From the NCBI GenBank assembly GCA_964343205.1, contig CAYFID010000002.1:1-48113 (forward strand): a stretch of 48,113 bases of DNA. Reading direction: 5' to 3'. Below the pieces are notes generated by a model. It did no database searches and was not told where the DNA came from. It saw nothing but the letters and a program-made list of their open reading frames with translations. This document shows, one piece after another, positions 42,475 through 48,113 of the stretch; position 1 is the first letter of the stretch, and the number at the start of each line of letters is the position of its first letter. Source of the stretch: an uncultured Candidatus Poseidoniales archaeon. Its GTDB lineage: Archaea > Thermoplasmatota > Poseidoniia > Poseidoniales > Thalassarchaeaceae. Made by a program: the position numbers and the translations under genes.

Positions 42475-44376
42475 TCACTGGTTTTCATCGGTGCATTGGG
42501 GGTATTTTTGGTGCATAGGTGGCAAAAATAGGCTATCGCATTCCCTGATTACTGTAGAGAGGGCGAGTACGCTGTTGGGCCCCATCCCAACCGAGACTGG
42601 CATGACTGAAACGGGGCTAGGAACATAATCTTCCCCGGTCTGAGATATGATGAGTTGGATCCCGTCACCCTCCGGAACGACCACGTCCATGCCGAAGAAC
42701 TCCATCTTTGCAATCACTGTAGAGCCTGGTAGAAGTACCTCACCTTCTCCTCCTCCGTTGTAGAATCTCAGGTCCATCACGGCGTGTCCTAGATGCATGC
42801 CACTGCTAGATTGGACCATCTCGACGAACAAGTGGCCACTGGTTGCTAGCAATGAAATGGTGGCTTCCACGTGAAATGTTGGAGTACCCACAATCCTCAC
42901 CTCTTCTTCGAACTCGGGGCACTCCACAATGAGACTGGACGTTGTCGAAATTGTGTCACTACCTCCAATTATCGAACAAGTGTCCATATCCAAGTTAATC
43001 CAAGAAGTGTCTGGAGGAGGATAATTGTCCTCGACCCTCCATCCACCCATGTTGTCTTGTACTTCGGCAATTAGTCTTGGTTTAGGGCCCTTGTCCATCA
43101 AGTAGTAGTCGAACCACTCCAGCATATCGTCAGCCCAGTCCCACCTCAGAGTGTAGGGGAATGCCTCTGCCCCCCTACCAGATCCTAATCCTTCGTGGCC
43201 AGACCTGCGATCAGGGTAGTCGTGGCCCCATTGCCCGTAGAGTCCCTTGACTTCGAACCCGGCCTCGACCATAATTTCGTGGACCGGGAAAGCCATGTGT
43301 GGATCGACGTTCCAGTCCTGCAACCCATGGATGATGTATACTGATCCATTGTAGTTCTGTATGGCCCTTGACAAAAAGTGGCGCTCCTCCCAATAGTCGC
43401 TTCCGGTCCAAGCTAGGTTATCGCCAGTTAGGTATGCCCCCACGCCAGCATAATACCCCTCCATGTAGCCCTCGCATGCATTCTGGGTGTCCTCTAAATC
43501 ACCATCTAGTCCAAAGCTTCCGTATACACCGTTGTGCATTATAGCGCCTCTGGCCTCCATACTGCCGTTTCTCCACATCAAGTCGTGAACACCAATCAAT
43601 CCCGACATCGGCACTATGGTTCTGAGATGTTCCGAACCCATTGCTGCTGCCTCCCAGGGTGTGGACCCATCGTATGACTTACCTATTGCACCTACATTGC
43701 CGTTTGAAAATGGGGCCTTTCCCAAATGTTCTATTGCTGCATGGATCCCAACTTGTTCATCTAGGCCCATCAGGTCCATGCAGTGGTTTGATTCTCCGGT
43801 TCCGAATACGCTTACCTGTGCAACTCCAAATCCATGTGGAACGAAGTTCTCTATCAGAAAACGGCCCAGTCGGTCTGCCGGGGTAAGAGCATCCACATCC
43901 CCATCATCATAGTACGGTCCGATTTCCGTAATTATTGGGACCCGGCAATTCTCCGGCACCACTGGGGCGTCTAAGTCACATCCCTCAATGACCGGGAGCC
44001 AAAGACCGAGGTGCACCTCGGCGCTTCCAGTAGCTCCAGCTCCCCCGTCTTGGATATCAATATCCGGGACTGGGACGAATATCGACCTAACTGAGTCAAT
44101 CATGTAAGTGCCGTTAGTAGAAACCCTACTGAATACGTCATCATCACGGTAAGCCAGTTCTGATCTATCCTCCACTCGGGGGAGCCAGTGATCCTCTTCG
44201 GGCTCGGAGTTGTTTTCTGCAACCTCTCCCAAGCATCCTGAAATGCTGGGCATCAAGAAGACTACGAGGACCATAGAGACACGAGACAACCCCATCGACA
44301 CTGTCGTATACGAGGTGGTATATCGAATCAAGAGTTCGCAAAATGGAGCACTTGGATGCGGATTGGTCAGATTCAA
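42475..44376 (-). CDS. Secreted X-Pro dipeptidyl-peptidase / CocE-NonD family hydrolase (peptidase S15), possibly a lipoprotein
   Basis: The nucleophile motif GxSYxG appears as AIGKSYDGSTPWEAA. The fold layout is alpha/beta-hydrolase plus a C-terminal beta-sandwich. The likely start is Met28 at 44295 (MGLSRVSMVLVVFLMPSISGC), which gives a signal peptide with a lipobox-like ISGC. Confidence 0.8.
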   Translation of the reverse strand: MNLTNPHPSAPFCELLIRYTTSYTTVSMGLSRVSMVLVVFLMPSISGCLGEVAENNSEPEEDHWLPRVEDRSELAYRDDDVFSRVSTNGTYMIDSVRSIFVPVPDIDIQDGGAGATGSAEVHLGLWLPVIEGCDLDAPVVPENCRVPIITEIGPYYDDGDVDALTPADRLGRFLIENFVPHGFGVAQVSVFGTGESNHCMDLMGLDEQVGIHAAIEHLGKAPFSNGNVGAIGKSYDGSTPWEAAAMGSEHLRTIVPMSGLIGVHDLMWRNGSMEARGAIMHNGVYGSFGLDGDLEDTQNACEGYMEGYYAGVGAYLTGDNLAWTGSDYWEERHFLSRAIQNYNGSVYIIHGLQDWNVDPHMAFPVHEIMVEAGFEVKGLYGQWGHDYPDRRSGHEGLGSGRGAEAFPYTLRWDWADDMLEWFDYYLMDKGPKPRLIAEVQDNMGGWRVEDNYPPPDTSWINLDMDTCSIIGGSDTISTTSSLIVECPEFEEEVRIVGTPTFHVEATISLLATSGHLFVEMVQSSSGMHLGHAVMDLRFYNGGGEGEVLLPGSTVIAKMEFFGMDVVVPEGDGIQLIISQTGEDYVPSPVSVMPVSVGMGPNSVLALSTVIRECDSLFLPPMHQKYPQCTDENQ

Positions 44377-44400
44377 TAGAAGAGACCCAGATGGGGTGTC

Positions 44401-45282
44401 GTGGACGAGTCTACACGGGCTAGACTGTTGAAAATGCAGCGTATGGAGGCGACGGAAGCAGAAGTATACAAACGTCTAGCGAAAATGCAATCAGATCCAG
44501 TGAATCGTTCAATTCTCGAAGGGATTTCTCTAGAGGAGGAAAGACACGAGGCTGCAATAGAAAAATTGACCGGGGAGAAAGTTAGTGCAGATAGTAGGAA
44601 GGTACGTAAACAGGTTTTCCTAGCTAGAGTATTCGGTTTCACCTTCTCGGTCAAAATGATGGAAGCAACTGAGCAGGATGCTGCAGCCGAATACCGAGAG
44701 CTAGGCCTTCATGAGATTGCAGATGAGGAAGAGGCGCACGAGCAGAATATGATCGAGATGCTTGATGAGGAGAGGTTGCGTTATTCCGGAAGCGTCGTTT
44801 TGGGGATGTCTGATGCTCTTGTTGAATTGACTGGAGCTTTAGCTGGGCTAACGTTTGCACTCCAGAACCTCAGGCTAGTAGCTCTCGCAGGATTGGTTAC
44901 TGGTATTGCCGCTGCTTTCAGCATGGGGGCCTCCGAATACCTATCTTCACGCGCAGAGAAAAAAAGTGAGTCACCATTGAAGGCTGCTTTCTTCACATGG
45001 ATATCATACCTGCTCACAGTCCTTTTACTGGTATCTCCATACCTTATGTTCCATTCTGATTCAGCTGAATTACTTGGTTTTGAGCCATTTGTTCAGGCCC
45101 TAGCATGTACATTTGCGATTGGCCTGATTATTATCGCAGTCTTCAATTTCTACGTTTCAGTTGTTGAGGATGTCTCGTTCAAGAGCCGCTTCCTAGAGAT
45201 GGCAGCCATCCTGGGGGTCGTGAGCCTAATTTCATATGGAATTGGCATCTTGCTGAGAGGGTTTCTAGGAGTAGAAGTCTGA
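44401..45282 (+). CDS. Erythrin-VIT1 (MbfA-like) protein: an N-terminal ferritin/rubrerythrin-like domain fused to a VIT1/CCC1 iron-transporter membrane domain
   Basis: The N-terminus shows di-iron-like helices (EATEAEVYKRLA...LEEERHE...EEEAHE). The C-terminus is VIT1-like (GMSDALVELTGALAG...MGASEYLSSRAE plus hydrophobic helices). The start is GTG; an alternative ATG lies at 44434. Confidence 0.75.
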   Translation: MDESTRARLLKMQRMEATEAEVYKRLAKMQSDPVNRSILEGISLEEERHEAAIEKLTGEKVSADSRKVRKQVFLARVFGFTFSVKMMEATEQDAAAEYRELGLHEIADEEEAHEQNMIEMLDEERLRYSGSVVLGMSDALVELTGALAGLTFALQNLRLVALAGLVTGIAAAFSMGASEYLSSRAEKKSESPLKAAFFTWISYLLTVLLLVSPYLMFHSDSAELLGFEPFVQALACTFAIGLIIIAVFNFYVSVVEDVSFKSRFLEMAAILGVVSLISYGIGILLRGFLGVEV

Positions 45283-45333
45283 ATGTAAGTTCGGTCCTCA
45301 TATCTATTTGTACGAGGCAGCAGTCGGCGGGCC

Positions 45334-46836
45334 ATGTCTGCCTACGAGAGTCTGCTCGGTAGACTAAAGGAAATAGATCTAATCGGACAAATCGGAAGTC
45401 TCCTTGGTTGGGACCAAGAAGTTATGATGCCCCCTAGTGCAGCCCCATTGAGGGCTGAGCAACTAGCCTGGATTTCCAAGACGGCACACGAAAGGTTGAC
45501 TGATCCCAAGATTGGGGATTTGCTAGGAGAGATTGAGCATTCCTCGGAACTGGATGATGTTCAGTTAGCGAATATCAGACTGGCTAGAGAGTCGTATGAC
45601 AGGGCGACTAAGTTGCCTACAGAATTCGTCGAGGAGATGGCAAAACACAGATCGAAATCCCTAATCTCTTGGACCGAGGCTAGGGAGAAAGACGACTTCT
45701 CAATTTTCAGGGATGACCTTTCCTTGGCCATAGAACACGCGAGAATGAAGGCGGACTTCCTTGGATATGAACATCTGAGATACGACGCCCTTCTAGACCT
45801 GTATGAGAGTGGTCTTACTGTTGAGAGGTTGGATCCGTTATTTTTCGGCCTCCGGGAGAACGTGGCTCCTCTAATCAAGGCCGTCGTCGAAGAAGGTAAG
45901 AGACCAGACATGTCATGGATAGAGGACAATAGCTGGAGCCAGAAAGCACAGGAAGAGCTGAGCCAGAGTGTCTCTGAAGCGATTGGCTTCAACTTCTCAT
46001 CGGGAAGGAGGGACTTGTCCACTCACCCGTTTTGCGGGGGCCCTAACCCAGATGACGTAAGATGGACCACGCGCTATAGCGAATCTGAGCCCTTTGGTTC
46101 TCTGTTTGGTTCGATGCATGAAACCGGTCACGGGACCTATGAACAGGGGCGTCCCAGAAACCTAGACTTTCAACCTGCGGGAAAGGCAAACGGGCTTGGG
46201 ATGCACGAGAGTCAGAGTCGCCTATGGGAAAACCAAGTCGGAAGATCCAGGGAGTTCTGCGAATGGTCCCTTTCACTATGGAAGGAGTTCTTCCCAGAGA
46301 ACATGGACGGGGTTGATGGCGAGAAGCTATGGCAGTCGGTGAACTTGGTAGAGCCCGGGCTGATCCGTGTAGATGCGGACGAAGCTACGTACAACTTGCA
46401 CATCATGATTAGATATGAGATCGAGAAGAGGTTGATTTCTGGGGATTTGGACGTTGACGACCTGCCTGACGCATGGGACGAAATGTACCATGAGTTCCTA
46501 GGAATAAAATCACCCAACCGCTCCCAAGGTGTTCTACAGGACATTCACTGGTCAATGGGTGCAATAGGTTACTTCCCGACATACACGCTGGGGAATCTGT
46601 ACGCAGCACAACTTCTAGAGGCTGCAAGGAAGGATCTGCCGAATCACGATGACCAGATTCGTAGTGGTGAGTTCGGGCCTCTACTGAACTGGATGAGGGA
46701 GAATGTGCACGGACGAGGTAGCGTTCTGAAGCCAGCAGACCTGATCGAAGAAGCCACGGGATCCCCCCCGTCTCCCGATGCCTTCGTTAGATACTTGAGT
46801 TCCAAGGTGGAGAGCCTATACGAGGTCACTGCTTGA
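45334..46836 (+). CDS. Carboxypeptidase Taq-like metallopeptidase (family M32)
   Basis: The HExxH motif appears as MHETGHGTYEQG. HESQSRLWEN, IRVDADEATYNLHI and GYFPTYTLGN are the characteristic M32 blocks. The product is 500 aa. Confidence 0.9.
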   Translation: MSAYESLLGRLKEIDLIGQIGSLLGWDQEVMMPPSAAPLRAEQLAWISKTAHERLTDPKIGDLLGEIEHSSELDDVQLANIRLARESYDRATKLPTEFVEEMAKHRSKSLISWTEAREKDDFSIFRDDLSLAIEHARMKADFLGYEHLRYDALLDLYESGLTVERLDPLFFGLRENVAPLIKAVVEEGKRPDMSWIEDNSWSQKAQEELSQSVSEAIGFNFSSGRRDLSTHPFCGGPNPDDVRWTTRYSESEPFGSLFGSMHETGHGTYEQGRPRNLDFQPAGKANGLGMHESQSRLWENQVGRSREFCEWSLSLWKEFFPENMDGVDGEKLWQSVNLVEPGLIRVDADEATYNLHIMIRYEIEKRLISGDLDVDDLPDAWDEMYHEFLGIKSPNRSQGVLQDIHWSMGAIGYFPTYTLGNLYAAQLLEAARKDLPNHDDQIRSGEFGPLLNWMRENVHGRGSVLKPADLIEEATGSPPSPDAFVRYLSSKVESLYEVTA

Positions 46837-46877
46837 CAATCCAGGAAAGTCGATAGCCGAAACCTCTGTCCACAATC

Positions 46878-47966
46878 ATGGCTCAGCCAAGTCTAGAGTT
46901 CTATTCTTCCCTAGTAAGGAATATTGAGGGGGAGTGCTCCTTTCTGAGAATATCGGGTGACTTCCTGGTCGCGGGATCCAATTCAGGTCAGGTTGGGTGC
47001 TGGAGCATTTCGAGTGGTTCTGAGTTTTGGAGGGTTGAGTTCGAAGGACCATGCTCGAACTCAGATAGTTTCGGGGAAGTGCTGTACTTCACTGAGTCGA
47101 ACAAGATACATTCTATCGATATCAACTCTGGAGAGGTTCTCTGGTCTGTCGAGTTACAAGGATCAAGTGATTTTGTCCGATGTACTAGCGAATATTTGTG
47201 GGTAACATCATCCGTATACAATTTTGAGATTCAGGACTATTCCGAAGGGGCAGTCTGGAAATTGGGGTTGGACGGTACAGTAATCCAGAGCTGGAAAACA
47301 GAAGGGAGGGCATGGGCTCTTTCATCTGTTGAAGGTCGGGCCCTATTGGGACTTAGCAGACCTAATTGCGGGTACGCAACTGTATCAGAGTTGAGTGATA
47401 TAAAATACGTATCTCTGGAAAACGAAAATCCTGTTACCGTTGGGAATGATGATGGTGATCAGAGAGTTTTTCTTGGCCACAGCAAAGGAGGGGTAACGGA
47501 GATTTGCAGTGGAGAGTCTACTTCACTGTCTATGGCAGATTCATCGGTTTCCGCAATTGAGTTCAATGGCGGATTGGTTGCTGGACTCGAGTCAGGAGAG
47601 GTTTTCGTTGGAGAGGGCTTTGGCTCCTGGTCGACTGACATCGGCGGTTCGGTAGAAACTGTATCAATCGGCCCTTCGTTGGACGGAGAAAGCGGAATTT
47701 GGGCCTCAACTTGGAGCAATGAGGCCAAACTTACAATGATTGAGCTGTCCAGCGGGAATGTCAAATTGGATGTTTCACACCCGTCAAGGATTAGTTCGGT
47801 TTGCAGCTCTGGAAAGACAATTTGTTTCGGAGATTCTTCGGGTCTCATCTTCATTTTGGAACAAGAAGTACTTCGGCGTCGTTTCTCTCAATCAGATGAA
47901 GAGTCTGACAAAGGGAAAGAGAGATTGGCGATGAGGGAAAAAATACGCGGACTGCGGAGGGGGTGA
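46878..47966 (+). CDS. Cytoplasmic beta-propeller repeat protein (WD40/PQQ-like) with a basic C-terminal helix
   Basis: Repeated blade-like units include VAGSNSGQVGCWSISSG, SGEVLWSVELQG, AGLESGEVFVG and FGDSSGLIFILE. There is no signal peptide. The C-terminus reads KGKERLAMREKIRGLRRG. Confidence 0.55.
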   Translation: MAQPSLEFYSSLVRNIEGECSFLRISGDFLVAGSNSGQVGCWSISSGSEFWRVEFEGPCSNSDSFGEVLYFTESNKIHSIDINSGEVLWSVELQGSSDFVRCTSEYLWVTSSVYNFEIQDYSEGAVWKLGLDGTVIQSWKTEGRAWALSSVEGRALLGLSRPNCGYATVSELSDIKYVSLENENPVTVGNDDGDQRVFLGHSKGGVTEICSGESTSLSMADSSVSAIEFNGGLVAGLESGEVFVGEGFGSWSTDIGGSVETVSIGPSLDGESGIWASTWSNEAKLTMIELSSGNVKLDVSHPSRISSVCSSGKTICFGDSSGLIFILEQEVLRRRFSQSDEESDKGKERLAMREKIRGLRRG

Positions 47967-48032
47967 TTTGCAGTGGAAAAACACTGTTTCGGACCCCTAT
48001 TTCCAGTGAACTGCGCCTAAATCCACGAAATG

Positions 48033-48040
48033 TTTATGTG
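48033..48040 (+). promoter_or_regulatory. Candidate TATA box (tttatgtg) with an upstream purine-rich BRE-like cgaaa, serving the RNA at the right edge
   Basis: The sequence at 48026-48040 is cgaaatgtttatgtg. The GC-rich block begins about 25-30 nt downstream, which is the usual archaeal TATA-to-TSS spacing. Confidence 0.3.
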
Positions 48041-48063
48041 CCCATCACGACCCTGTGATCTTT

Positions 48064-48113
48064 GCCGCTCCGGGGGAGTGGTGTGAGGGCGCTTCGGCGC
48101 GACTCGCGGGCCA
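48064..48113 (+). ncRNA. 5' end of an unidentified GC-rich structured RNA, truncated by the window edge. Candidates include RNase P RNA, SRP RNA or an rRNA leader.
   Basis: I count 39 G/C in the last 50 nt (78%), against roughly 50% elsewhere. Two perfect hairpins are present: CUCC-GGG-GGAG (48068-48078) and GCGC-UUCG-GCGC (48089-48100, a UUCG tetraloop). No ORF covers the region and a promoter-like element lies upstream. Confidence 0.4.

Noticed and set aside
48064-48113. tRNA gene at the right edge (the sequence starts GCCGCUC...)
   Set aside because: After the first 7 nt there is no D-arm (no conserved A14/G18G19 context) and the hairpin spacing does not fit a cloverleaf. It is retained only as an unidentified structured RNA.
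1-48113. Prophage, integrative element or defence island
   Set aside because: There is no integrase, transposase, capsid or terminase gene, no flanking tRNA or direct repeats, no restriction-modification or toxin-antitoxin pairs, and no abrupt compositional block visible by eye. The window reads as core chromosome with laterally acquired metabolic genes.

Overview
The window is a densely coded chromosomal segment of about 48 kb with roughly 38 CDS, short spacers and several overlapping gene ends. I found no transposase, integrase, CRISPR array or tRNA.

The information-processing genes are archaeal in type. There is an S13-S4-S11-RpoD(Rpo3) cluster and a type-2 methionine aminopeptidase. Many metabolic and housekeeping genes are bacterial in type: AceE-type pyruvate dehydrogenase E1, MaeB malic enzyme, ATP-PEPCK, a LeuRS with a bacterial-type core, BolA/Grx4 and an Er-VIT1. 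Peptidases of families S15 and M32 and very large glycoprotein-like surface proteins are also present. Together this suggests a heterotrophic marine planktonic euryarchaeon of the Marine Group II / Poseidoniales kind. That placement is an inference, not a measurement.

The items I would follow up first are:
- The cell-surface locus at 1-9814. It holds a TSP3-repeat secreted protein that is missing from the ORF track, a zinc-ribbon membrane protein, and a 2869-aa beta-propeller/FN3-like giant protein.
- A 1250-aa protein with roughly three dozen hydrophobic helices and no recognisable domain, followed by a membrane-anchored FKBP-like protein.
- A clear CDIN1/C15orf41-like 'TPD' PD-(D/E)xK nuclease with a poly-arginine N-terminus.
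- A small LETM1-like protein placed behind an orphan aceE.
- An Upf1/IGHMBP2-like helicase.
- A wHTH-NB-ARC (STAND) NTPase.
- The GC-rich 5' end of an unidentified structured RNA at the right edge.

All calls come from reading the translations and motifs by eye. No searches or computations were run.
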